A DNA stretch of 40,000 nucleotides. Origin: an uncultured Clostridium sp. Its GTDB lineage: Bacteria > Bacillota > Clostridia > TANB77 > CAG-508. The notes beneath the pieces were generated by a model. That model was not told the DNA's origin. It ran no database searches and worked only from the letters and a program-made list of their open reading frames with translations. A program made the translations under genes and the position numbers. Shown piece by piece: positions 1-8,737 of this stretch. Where the stretch lies: positions 17,639 through 57,638 of the forward strand of contig CAMEUC010000002.1 in the NCBI GenBank assembly GCA_945937855.1, given 5' to 3'. How positions within the stretch are numbered: the stretch's first letter is position 1; each line of letters opens with the position of its first letter.

Positions 1-66
1 TTTTCATTTTCTTTTATGTTTAACGAATACGTTAATATCTGTTTTGCTAATTTTTTTAAATTATTA

Positions 67-627
67 TTATTCATTTATCTCTTTATAAACCTCATTCCAA
101 TCATATACTCTTTTATATTTTGTTTCTTGCTGATTATAGGGACTATTAAACATCAAAACTTTAGTTTCTGTTTTTGCCACTCCTTCGCAAAAGCCTACGT
201 GGTCATCTATAAAAACATCTATTTTGTTTTCTGCACAAGCTTTTCCTTTATCAATTGATCCAACAATTAATTTATCAAATTGCACATTTTTTGCTTTTAA
301 CCAAGTTTCAGAAATTCCATACGCATTTGGACAATGGTCTTCTCCTCTAGATGTAATTATTATAATTTTGTTCCCTTCTGCGTGTAATTTGTTAATAACT
401 TCTGATGCATTTTCCTTAATTCCTGCATTTAAATATGCATTTTCTATATTTTCATTTAGAAATTTTTTAGCAGTTAAGTCATCCCAACCAAAAGCTTTAT
501 CCCAACACCATTCATCTTCATGTATTTCAAAATTTATATTTTCTTTTTTATTAAACTCTTTTCCTTTTATTATTAATATGTCATGTAAGTTGTTTATTGT
601 GTCGTCTATGTCTATTCCTATATTCAT
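67..627 (-). CDS. HAD-superfamily 5'(3')-deoxyribonucleotidase-like phosphatase
   Basis: Track ORF 67..639. N-terminal DxDxT motif (GIDIDDT) and a later FIDDH acidic motif are typical of HAD/NT5C-type nucleotidases. The second ATG (627) is preceded by GGAGGA, so it is the preferred start. Confidence 0.6.
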   Translation of the reverse strand: MNIGIDIDDTINNLHDILIIKGKEFNKKENINFEIHEDEWCWDKAFGWDDLTAKKFLNENIENAYLNAGIKENASEVINKLHAEGNKIIIITSRGEDHCPNAYGISETWLKAKNVQFDKLIVGSIDKGKACAENKIDVFIDDHVGFCEGVAKTETKVLMFNSPYNQQETKYKRVYDWNEVYKEINE

Positions 628-658
628 TTTTTCCTCCATTTAATTTTATAAAAAAAAT

Positions 659-715
659 CCGCCAAATCTCGTCGGGGTTATATATTTTAAAATATATAAC
701 CCCTGCGTTTGGCTA
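659..715. repeat. Hairpin repeat family 1, minimal copy (conserved base plus 21-nt AT tip)
   Basis: CCGCCAAATCTCGTCGGGGTT-atatattttaaaatatat-AACCCCTGCGTTTGGCTA. The same closing arms recur at 8738-8882 (inverted) and 23692-23797. Confidence 0.75.
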
Positions 716-748
716 CTATCACACTAAACATTTACTATATGAAGAATA

Positions 749-2684
749 TTAATTGTTATCGTCGTCAAATGCTCCAAACAGTTCATCAAATTTTGCTTCT
801 AATTCTTTTTGAATATCATATGATTCTTCCTGTTTGTTTTCTACTTTTGTTGCAACTTTTTCTTCTTTTTTTGGTTCTTCTTTATCATCTTCAAATAAAT
901 CATCTAAAGATTCAATGGTCGTATTTTCTTTTTCTTTGTCTCCTTCTTTTTCTTCCACATAAGGGTTATATGGGTTATACTTTCTCCATGTTCCTCTATT
1001 TACATCTTCTCTATCATTATGGTCTACTGCATATTGTTTTACTAAGTTTGCAGTATTGTATTTGAAATAGTAATATTTTTGAGCCTTTATAGGTTTTATA
1101 CCTTTTTCAAATATAATACACATATCATTATCTAATCTTCTAAGTTCATCTGGTGTCATTAATGCTCTTGCCATAATTTGGTCTGATTTATTATATCCTT
1201 GTCTCCACATGTTTTTATCTTTACTTACAGACCAGCTATCTCTTGAAACTGTTTTTTCTCCTAATTCTTTTGAGAAATATTCAACAGTTTTTTGTGAGTT
1301 ACTTCCTAGGAAAACTGTTGTATCACAGTTACCAATTATTGTTTCGTGTGATTTTTCATATACAGCCTCTAATTGATCTAAGTTTTGTAAAATAACACTA
1401 AACGAAATTTTTCTACTTCTTGATGTAGATATTTTTTTATCAAAATCTGGTATTTTACCAATGTTTGCAAACTCGTCTAATATAAAATATGTAGGTTGTG
1501 GAAGTGCTCCACCTTGTTTATCTGCAAAATCATATAAATGTTGTATCATTTGTGAAAAGAATATTGTAAGCAAGAAATCGTACGCGGTATGTGTATCTGA
1601 TGATATAACATAAACTGCTGTTTTTCTGCTTCCAATGTCTTCAAAATTTATTGTATTTGTTGATGTTAATTCTGCAATTTCCTTTGAATCGAATTTACCA
1701 AGTTTTGATTGTAATGTACTCAGAATAGAACCATAAGTTTTTTCTGGCGCAATTTCTATAGATTTATAGTTCATTCTAGCTGGGTGGTCATATGGAAGCT
1801 GGTTCATTAATTCTGTAAGTAAGTTTCCTCCACCATTACTATTTGCAGCTCTAACTAGTTCTGCACAACTTGCTAGGTTTTGTTCTTCTTCTGGTCTAGT
1901 TGCTAATAAGTAATATATTAAAGCTTTTAACAGCATTTCTGCCATATCATCCCAATATGGGTCAGAATTACTTCCTTCTGTTTTTTGCCCTTTTACTATT
2001 GTGTTAGCAATAACATCAACATCTATTTCACTCTCAATGTGCATTAAAGGGTTATATCCGTCACTTTTTTGTGGATTTACTAAATTTAATACTTTTATAT
2101 CATAACCTTTTGCCTTTAAATACCCTGCTGTTTTATCGTATAATTCGCCTTTTGGATCTGTAAACACATATGAACCTAATAGTTGATATGCATTTGGAAT
2201 AACATATGATGCAGATTTACCAGAACCAGAACCGTCCAACAATTAAGACATTTACGTTTCCTCTTTTATCTACTGGTAAATAATTTTTTTCTGCTAATAA
2301 AATTCCCTTTTTAGGGCTTAATATTTTATATTGCTCTCCTCCTGTTGCCCAGTCACTTGAACCATGTTCAATATCTGTATATTCATTTTTTGGTAAGGAT
2401 TTTAATAATCCAACTGCTGCCAAAACAAGTAATGCAAAAACTAGATATAACTCTCCTTTTGCAAATGTACCTATGTATTTTGTTCCAAAAACCTTTCCTA
2501 AATTACCTGTTATGTCGCTAATATTGCCAAAAAATAAATCAACCATGCTCTGTTCACTTGCCTTGGAATCAATTATACTAACAGTTCCAGGCGCAATTAA
2601 TACTACGGATAAAATTACCCATAGTACTAATACAACTATAAAAACTGGTTTTCCTTTTTTTAACGCATGTTTTATTTTATACAT
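749..2684 (-). CDS. TraG/VirD4-family type IV secretion coupling ATPase (T4CP), split at an in-frame CGG. It is intact only with a +1 shift; conventional annotation would call it a frameshifted pseudogene.
   Basis: ORF 2217..2684 is the N-terminal TM segment and ends ..NVNVLIVG-RFWFW*. ORF 749..2242 contains ..GSGSGKSASYVIPN.. and Walker B YFILDEFANIG. Skipping C2234 (gtt gga C ggt tct) gives the Walker A LIVGGSGSGKS and a product of about 644 aa. RBS AAGGTGA lies before ATG 2684. Confidence 0.85.
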
Positions 2685-2709
2685 ATATTATCACCTTTTC
2701 TTTTGTTTT

Positions 2710-2913
2710 TTATCTTGTTGGTCCATCATTAACCATTTTTCTATTTGACTTAACTGGTAGCTCTATTTCTCCGTTTTCTTCTATATATTTTCTTATTCTT
2801 ATAGCCATATCCCTTGATTGCTTTTCTTCCACTGTTAACTTTTTCTCTTTTTCCAAAAATTGCAATAGTCTAAATTCAAATTCATTTTGGCCTACATTTG
2901 TAGTTCCACTCAT
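2710..2913 (-). CDS. Small hypothetical protein (67 aa) in the T4CP operon
   Basis: ORF with a strong RBS (GAGGAGG) upstream of ATG 2913, tightly packed between the flanking genes. No motif recognised. Confidence 0.55.
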   Translation of the reverse strand: MSGTTNVGQNEFEFRLLQFLEKEKKLTVEEKQSRDMAIRIRKYIEENGEIELPVKSNRKMVNDGPTR

Positions 2914-2916
2914 AAT

Positions 2917-3450
2917 TTATTCCTCCTCATTTTTCATTGTTTTTATTTCAAAAGCAAAATACGTTTTATATGGTCTTAATTTACATTTTCCTTTTACCTC
3001 ATTTGTTTCTTCATCAAAATATAAAACTGGTTTGATTTCTTCTGCAGTTTCTGGATCTATAATTGATATAGGCCTTTTTAAATTAGGTGTGTATTCAACT
3101 TCTTTGTATTCAGTTTCTTCTTCGTTATACAATGTCTTAAAGTTCATTGGAATTGGCTTTTTAGAAATTCTTACTCTATCTTTTTCTAAAATTCCTACAT
3201 TTACCACTACTTTCTCTGTTCCAAATGAAAGAATTACTAACTCGTTTCCTTCTGGTTTTGGTTCGTCTATAAAAAATGTTTTTCTGGTTTTTTCTCCTAC
3301 TAATTCTTCTTTAAAATTCAATCTTTCAACAGTAAATCTAGGTCCTTGTTTTGCAGCTTCTTTTTCTGTTTTATTTACCTCATATATTACTGTCTTAACT
3401 CCTTTAGGATCTGTTATACTAAAGTGTTTTCCGTTTATTGATTGTTCCAT
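2917..3450 (-). CDS. Hypothetical protein (177 aa), first gene of the conjugative-element operon
   Basis: ORF with RBS GAGGTG before ATG 3450. A consensus promoter lies about 60-90 nt upstream. No recognisable domain. Confidence 0.55.
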   Translation of the reverse strand: MEQSINGKHFSITDPKGVKTVIYEVNKTEKEAAKQGPRFTVERLNFKEELVGEKTRKTFFIDEPKPEGNELVILSFGTEKVVVNVGILEKDRVRISKKPIPMNFKTLYNEEETEYKEVEYTPNLKRPISIIDPETAEEIKPVLYFDEETNEVKGKCKLRPYKTYFAFEIKTMKNEEE

Positions 3451-3510
3451 ATATTAAAGCACCTCATTTCTATATTTTAATGCCCTTTATCTTTTGTGCG
3501 TTCCTTTTAT

Positions 3511-3539
3511 ATTATACCGCACATTTTGATTTATGTCAA
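3511..3539 (-). promoter_or_regulatory. Consensus sigma-A-type promoter driving the 3450<-749 operon
   Basis: Minus-strand sense reads TTGACA (3539-3534), a 17-nt spacer, then TATAAT (3516-3511). Confidence 0.6.
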
Positions 3540-3638
3540 CTGTGTTGGCATTTTTTGGTTCATTATTATTTAACATATTTTTTAATATCTGTAGGGTGGA
3601 GTCTTCGGCTACCCAAAATAAATATTTAATATATTTAC

Positions 3639-3660
3639 GGGGCGCCCAGGAGTGCGCCCC
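3639..3660. terminator. GC-rich hairpin downstream of the J-protein gene
   Basis: GGGGCGC-ccaggagt-GCGCCCC, 15 nt past the stop at 3676. The flanks are A/T-rich, but the U-tract on the minus sense is weak. Confidence 0.45.
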
Positions 3661-3675
3661 CTACATCTTTTATTT

Positions 3676-4569
3676 TTAACTTCTTGGATTAAATTTTGAT
3701 ATTTGTTTTAATTTTTCAAATAATTCTTTTTCTTCTTCTGTTAATTCTTTTGGTACTACTGTTTTAATATTTGCAACTAGAGCTCCTCTTCCACCTTGTC
3801 CATCTTTATAACCCCTTTGCTCTATTCTTAAATTTTCTCCACTTTGCACTCCTGCTGGTATAGAAACACTAACTTGTTCTTCCAAAGAATCTATTGTAAC
3901 TTTCTTACCAAGTGCTGCTTCCCATGGAGATATATATAAATCTGTTACAAGATCACATCCATCTAATTTAAATTTTTTATTATTTAAAATATTTATTTTT
4001 ATAAACAGGTCTCCATTTTTTCCACCATTTGTTCCCTTTTTTCCCTGTCCTGCTAATCTGATTTTTTCACCATTTCTAATTCCTGCTGGTATTTTCACAT
4101 TAAAGGTTATCATTTTACCTTTCACTGTTCTTAGAGATATTTTCTTTTCTACTCCAAAATATGCATCCTCTAGTTTTACATTTATTTCTGTTTCTACATT
4201 TTCACCTTTTATCGGAATTTTTTTATATACTTTCTCTGTTGTAGTTCCTTCTTTTTGTCCAAAAAACATTGCTTTGATTTCTGTAACAATGCTACTATTG
4301 TTGTTTCTTTCAACCTTTTTTTGTTGTATTTTTTTCTTTTTTCCAACTCTTGCATTCCATTGTCTATCGTATTTTCTTTTACTAGCAGGTACCGACAAAA
4401 TTTTATATGCTTCATTTATGTCCTTAAAACGTTCCTCTGTATTTTTATTTTGTCTATTTACATCTGGATGATATTTTTTTGCTTGTTCTCTAAAAGCAAT
4501 TTTTATTTCATCTATACTAACTTTATTTGTCTCTAATCCCAGTATTTTATAGTAATCTCTAAAAATCAT
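3676..4569 (-). CDS. DnaJ-domain co-chaperone, CbpA-like (J domain plus DnaJ C-terminal domains, no zinc finger)
   Basis: DYYKILGL...KKYHPDVN J-domain with HPD, and a C-terminal DnaJ_C-like region (GEKIRLAGQG...). The track ORF starts at 4611, but ATG 4569 has GGAGGA 7 nt upstream. Confidence 0.8.
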   Translation of the reverse strand: MIFRDYYKILGLETNKVSIDEIKIAFREQAKKYHPDVNRQNKNTEERFKDINEAYKILSVPASKRKYDRQWNARVGKKKKIQQKKVERNNNSSIVTEIKAMFFGQKEGTTTEKVYKKIPIKGENVETEINVKLEDAYFGVEKKISLRTVKGKMITFNVKIPAGIRNGEKIRLAGQGKKGTNGGKNGDLFIKINILNNKKFKLDGCDLVTDLYISPWEAALGKKVTIDSLEEQVSVSIPAGVQSGENLRIEQRGYKDGQGGRGALVANIKTVVPKELTEEEKELFEKLKQISKFNPRS

Positions 4570-4775
4570 TTCAACATCCTCCAAAAAATGGATTATAAAT
4601 CTATCATGCATTATAGCATATTTTTGTGTACTCTTTCAACGTTTTTTTATATTTTTGTTGAATTTCGAAATTTGACATTTTTCGACTTTTTATTATTTTT
4701 TAACTTTTTGTTTCTTTTTTATTGCTTTTTTTATAATTTACAAATATAATAATGTAAACTATAGGAGGTGTACCT

Positions 4776-5825
4776 ATGAGGAAGTATAATCATGCAAATG
4801 ATGATGCAAAATATAAAATTATTGCAGTAGATGATGAGTCTGGTATTTTAGATTCTCTAAATGTTTTTTTAACAAAAGCGGGCTATTCTTTTGTTGGAAT
4901 AGCAGATCCATTAGAGGCCATCGAACGCGTAAAAAAAGAGCATTTTGACTTAATGCTTTTAGACTTTATAATGACGCCTATACATGGTAATCAAGTTGTT
5001 GAAGAAATTAGGAAATTTAATAAAGATTTATATATTTTACTTCTTACTGGTCATAAAGACTTAGCTCCACCACTTGAGACAATTAGACGTTTAGATATTC
5101 AAGGTTACTGTGAAAAAAGTGATAAATTCGACCAATTGTTATTATTAATAGAATCTGGAATAAAAGCAATTTCTCAAATGCAAGAAATAAAAGAAATAAA
5201 TGCAAAATTACAATCTACTTATGAAGAGTTAGAAAAAGCTTATCTAGAAAGTATTGAAACTTTAAGATATACTGTTGAAGCTAAAGATACATATACTAGA
5301 GGTCACTCTGATAGAGTTTCAGAATATTCTTATTTAATAGGAAAGTATTTAAATTTATCTGAAGAGGACTTGAAAAAATTAAAATTAGGCGGTCTATTTC
5401 ATGATATTGGAAAAATAGGTGTTCCTGACAGTATTTTATTAAAAACAGAAAAACTTACCGATGATGAGTACTCTGAGATAAAAAATCACCCAGCAATTGG
5501 TGCTCATATTTTATCAAATGCAACAATGTTTAAAGATATTATTCCAATTGTAAAACATCACCATGAACGTTTTGATGGTCATGGCTACCCAGGTAAACTT
5601 GCAGGAGAAGATATTCCTTATCTTGCCAGAATTACTGCAGTTGCAGATACATTTGATGCAATGACATCAAAAAGAGCTTATCGTGACCCGCTTCCACTTG
5701 ACGTTGTGAAAGCTGAGTTTGAAAAAAATAAAGGAACACAATTTGACCCCAAAATCGCAGACGTATTTTTAGAAATCTTAAATAATAATTATGATGAAAT
5801 AGAAAAAATACAAAATAAAGAATAA
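4776..5825 (+). CDS. Response regulator with REC and HD-GYP domains (probable c-di-GMP phosphodiesterase, RpfG-like)
   Basis: N-terminal receiver fold (IIAVDDE...LLDFIMTP). HD-GYP signature HDIGKIGVPD...HHERFDGHGYPG. RBS AGGAGG before the ATG. Confidence 0.85.
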   Translation: MRKYNHANDDAKYKIIAVDDESGILDSLNVFLTKAGYSFVGIADPLEAIERVKKEHFDLMLLDFIMTPIHGNQVVEEIRKFNKDLYILLLTGHKDLAPPLETIRRLDIQGYCEKSDKFDQLLLLIESGIKAISQMQEIKEINAKLQSTYEELEKAYLESIETLRYTVEAKDTYTRGHSDRVSEYSYLIGKYLNLSEEDLKKLKLGGLFHDIGKIGVPDSILLKTEKLTDDEYSEIKNHPAIGAHILSNATMFKDIIPIVKHHHERFDGHGYPGKLAGEDIPYLARITAVADTFDAMTSKRAYRDPLPLDVVKAEFEKNKGTQFDPKIADVFLEILNNNYDEIEKIQNKE

Positions 5826-5843
5826 TTAAATTGATTCAATTTT

Positions 5844-6023
5844 GGGACAGTTCAGCTAGTATGCATTAAGAATATCAGCCGTTTTGTATATTTTATAAAA
5901 AATTAAATTTGACAGTCCGTAGATCACGGGTGAAGACCCGCGTACGCCTTGGAGAATTTAATTTTTTAGAAAATCATACAAAAGGTAGGCTGATATATTT
6001 TTATTTATAAACTGAACTGTCCC
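5844..6023. repeat. 180-bp nested long palindrome between convergent genes
   Basis: Outer GGGACAGTTCAG (5844-5855) pairs with CTGAACTGTCCC (6012-6023). Inner pairs are ATATCAGCC/GGCTGATAT, GTTTTGTAT/ATACAAAAG and AAAAAATTAAATT/AATTTAATTTTTT. The GC-rich core contains the CGGGT-gaag-ACCCG hairpin. Confidence 0.75.
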
Positions 6024-6036
6024 TAACTGCATCAAT

Positions 6037-7617
6037 TTATTCTATTCCTAAATATTCATTATAAGTGCACTCTCTATCAATTACTTTATCTTGTTTTATA
6101 TCAATAATTCTATCTGCAACTGTTTGCATTAATTGATGGTCGTGTGAAGCAAAAAGCATATTTCCTTTAAACCTCTTCATTCCTTCATTTAATGCTGTTA
6201 TACTTTCCATATCTAAATGGTTTGTTGGTTGGTCAAATATCAAGAAATTTGCACCAGATAGCATCAATTTAGATAATACACATCTTACTTTTTCTCCACC
6301 AGATAACACTTTTATATTCTTTAGTGCTTCATCGCCAGAGAATAACATTCTTCCTAAAAATCCTCTTACATATGTTTCATCGGGGTCTTTAGAATATCCT
6401 CTTAGCCAATCTACAAGTGATTCATCTCTTGGGAATAGGTAGCTATTATCTTTTGGGAAATAATCATGTGTTATAGTTTGTCCCCAAATTACTTCTCCTT
6501 CATCTGGTTCTACCTCACCTGCAATTATTTGGAACAACACTGTTATAGCATTTTCGTTATCAGATAAAAATGCTATTTTATTATCTGCTTTTACCGTAAA
6601 AGATACATTATTTAGTATTTTTTCGCCGTTTACAGCCTTAGAAATATTTTTTAATGTTAATATTTCTTTCCCTGGTTCCCTATCTGGTTTAAAATCTATA
6701 TATGGATATCTTCTGCTTGATGCCTTTATTTCTTCTAGTTCTATTTTCTCTAATGATTTTTTTCTAGAAGTTGCTTGTTTAGATTTAGAAGCATTTGCAC
6801 TAAATCTAGCAATAAATTCTTGTAATTCTTTAATTTTTTCTTCTTTTTTCTTATTGGCCTCTTTTGCTTGCTTTAAAGCTAATTGGCTTGATTCATACCA
6901 AAAGTCATAGTTCCCTGGATATATTTTTATTCTCCCGAAGTCAACATCTGCAATATGTGTACATACTTTGTTTAAGAAATATCTATCGTGTGATACTACT
7001 ATAACAGTATTTTCAAAATTTATTAGAAATTCCTGTAACCATTCTATACTTTTTAAGTCTAAGTCATTAGTAGGCTCATCTAGTAGTAATACATCTGGAT
7101 TTCCAAATAAGCTTTGAGCAAGTAAAACTTTTACTTTATCTTTTGCTTCTATTTCACTCATTAATTTATAATGTTTTTCTCCCGATATTCCAAGATTATT
7201 TAAAAGTGTTGCTGCGTCTGTTTCTGCGTTCCATCCATCTAATTCTGCAAATCTTTCTTCTAATTTTGCAGCTTTCATTCCATCTTCTTCAGAAAAATCT
7301 GGTTTTGCATATATTGCTTCTTTTTCTTTCATTATATTATATAATTTTTTATTACCCATTATTACAGTGTCCATTACCGTATAATTTTCATAAGCAAAGT
7401 GGTCTTGTTTTAATGTTGATAGTCTTTTACCTTTTTCTATTACTATTTCACCTTTTGAAGGTTCTATTTCTCCTGATAGTATTTTTAAAAAAGTAGATTT
7501 TCCAGCTCCATTTGCTCCAATTAATCCATAGCAATTACCTTTTGTAAATTTTATATTTACGTCTTCAAATAGGACTCTTTTTCCGAATCTTAATGTTACT
7601 CCAATTGCGTTTATCAT
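6037..7617 (-). CDS. ABC-F family ATPase (tandem ABC domains, no TM domain; YbiT/YkpA-like)
   Basis: Two Walker A motifs (GANGAGKST and a degenerate second site), two LSGGE-type signatures (LSGGEKVR) and a charged inter-domain linker. RBS AGGAGG. Confidence 0.85.
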   Translation of the reverse strand: MINAIGVTLRFGKRVLFEDVNIKFTKGNCYGLIGANGAGKSTFLKILSGEIEPSKGEIVIEKGKRLSTLKQDHFAYENYTVMDTVIMGNKKLYNIMKEKEAIYAKPDFSEEDGMKAAKLEERFAELDGWNAETDAATLLNNLGISGEKHYKLMSEIEAKDKVKVLLAQSLFGNPDVLLLDEPTNDLDLKSIEWLQEFLINFENTVIVVSHDRYFLNKVCTHIADVDFGRIKIYPGNYDFWYESSQLALKQAKEANKKKEEKIKELQEFIARFSANASKSKQATSRKKSLEKIELEEIKASSRRYPYIDFKPDREPGKEILTLKNISKAVNGEKILNNVSFTVKADNKIAFLSDNENAITVLFQIIAGEVEPDEGEVIWGQTITHDYFPKDNSYLFPRDESLVDWLRGYSKDPDETYVRGFLGRMLFSGDEALKNIKVLSGGEKVRCVLSKLMLSGANFLIFDQPTNHLDMESITALNEGMKRFKGNMLFASHDHQLMQTVADRIIDIKQDKVIDRECTYNEYLGIE

Positions 7618-7709
7618 ATGCCCCTCCTATAATTTTACAAACTTATATTATTATATAGTGATTTTTCGGGTTAGTCAAGGGGCACCTGTGGGTAGGTGTC
7701 CCTATATTC

Positions 7710-8399
7710 CTATTTATAAATTTCTTCCGCTTCTTCTGATGTTAAATACTCGCATTCCACCATTCTGTTTATTACTTGTTTTTGCCTTTGGGTTGCAAGT
7801 TCAAAATTATTTGTTGGTGCATACACAGATGGTGCATTTGGTATTCCTGCCAGTAATGTACTTTCATAAGCGGTCATATCAATTGGATCTTTACCAAAGT
7901 ATCCTTGGCTTGCATCTCCTACACAATAATATCCATCTCCAAAATAGCTTGTATTTACATATAGCTCGAATATTTCCTCTTTACTACATTCTCTTTCTAT
8001 TTTTATAGCCATAAATGTTTCTGCAATTTTTCTGGTTAATTCTCTACTCTGTGAGAAATATATATTTTTTGCAAGTTGCTGTGTAATTGTACTACCTCCT
8101 TCTTTAAGTTCCCCTGCTCTAATATCATTAATTATAGCTCTGGCAATACCAATCACATCTACTCCATTATGTTTATAAAATCTATTGTCTTCCACTGCAA
8201 TTACTGCATCTATATAAGTTTTAGGAAGTTTTTCAAATAATGTGTAATTTTTCTTTGATTTTATTTCTTGTATTTTGACATCTATCGGTGTTTCTGATAA
8301 TGCCTCTTTGTACATAGCATATCCACCTGATGTATATATACCTACTAGTGCAATTAACACTAATATTATAAATAAAATTAATTTTTTAATTATTTTCAT
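7710..8399 (-). CDS. Monofunctional peptidoglycan glycosyltransferase (GT51)
   Basis: N-terminal TM anchor plus GT51 motifs EDNRFYKHNGVD, GGSTITQQLAKN and RKIAE. RBS AAGGAG. Confidence 0.85.
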   Translation of the reverse strand: MKIIKKLILFIILVLIALVGIYTSGGYAMYKEALSETPIDVKIQEIKSKKNYTLFEKLPKTYIDAVIAVEDNRFYKHNGVDVIGIARAIINDIRAGELKEGGSTITQQLAKNIYFSQSRELTRKIAETFMAIKIERECSKEEIFELYVNTSYFGDGYYCVGDASQGYFGKDPIDMTAYESTLLAGIPNAPSVYAPTNNFELATQRQKQVINRMVECEYLTSEEAEEIYK

Positions 8400-8436
8400 T
8401 TAAACTCCTTTTTTTATATATTATCTAAAATTAATT

Positions 8437-8458
8437 AAGAGCACCTTTAAGTGCTCTT
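8437..8458. terminator. Hairpin downstream of tRNA-Lys
   Basis: AAGAGCAC-ctttaa-GTGCTCTT, about 60 nt past the tRNA 3' end on the minus strand, with a moderately T-rich tail. Confidence 0.4.
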
Positions 8459-8518
8459 ATAAAAAATATCCTTTTTACAATATATTAAAAATGCTCTGAA
8501 ATTATATAAAAAAATAAT

Positions 8519-8594
8519 TGGTGCACCATCAGAGACTCGAACTCTGGACCCACTGATTAAGAGTCAGTTGCTCTACCAACTGAGCTAATGGTGC
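8519..8594 (-). tRNA. tRNA-Lys (anticodon CUU), CCA encoded
   Basis: Reverse complement folds as a cloverleaf: acceptor GCACCAT/ATGGTGC, D arm GCTC..GAGC, anticodon stem ACTGA/TCAGT with loop CTCTTAA, T arm CAGAG-TTCGAGT-CTCTG, then ACCA. Confidence 0.93.
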
Positions 8595-8614
8595 ATTTTT
8601 ATTAGAGCTTTTCT

Positions 8615-8643
8615 ATTATAATATTTATTTTTAAATTTGTCAA
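8615..8643 (-). promoter_or_regulatory. Consensus promoter for tRNA-Lys
   Basis: Minus sense reads TTGACA (8643-8638), a 17-nt spacer, then TATAAT (8620-8615), about 20 nt upstream of the mature tRNA 5' end. Confidence 0.6.
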
Positions 8644-8737
8644 TTAAAATAAAGGAATTTCATGTGGTATAATTTATAAATAATAAGAACTGCTCGTGCT
8701 TGCTCTATATAAATAAACTAATTCCATAAGAATGTAA

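Noticed and set aside
4209-4536. Nested ORFs inside and antisense to the J-protein gene
   Set aside because: They lie entirely within the well-supported DnaJ-domain CDS, and their products are lysine-rich or low-complexity with no RBS.
6037-7617. ABC-F as an antibiotic-resistance (ARE) ribosomal protection protein
   Set aside because: The N-terminus and linker length look like housekeeping YbiT/YkpA-type ABC-F. Nothing in the sequence alone supports a resistance call.
7679-7702. Hairpin GGGGCACCT-gtgggt-AGGTGTCCC as the intrinsic terminator of the GT51 gene
   Set aside because: The stem is good, but no U-tract follows it on the minus (mRNA) sense. It is left unannotated as a feature.
8665-8673. 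Plus-strand extended -10 (TGgTATAAT) that could transcribe the family 1 copy at 8738 as an ncRNA
   Set aside because: There is no acceptable -35, and the nearby TTGTCA is 25 nt away. The same region is better explained as the minus-strand consensus promoter of tRNA-Lys.
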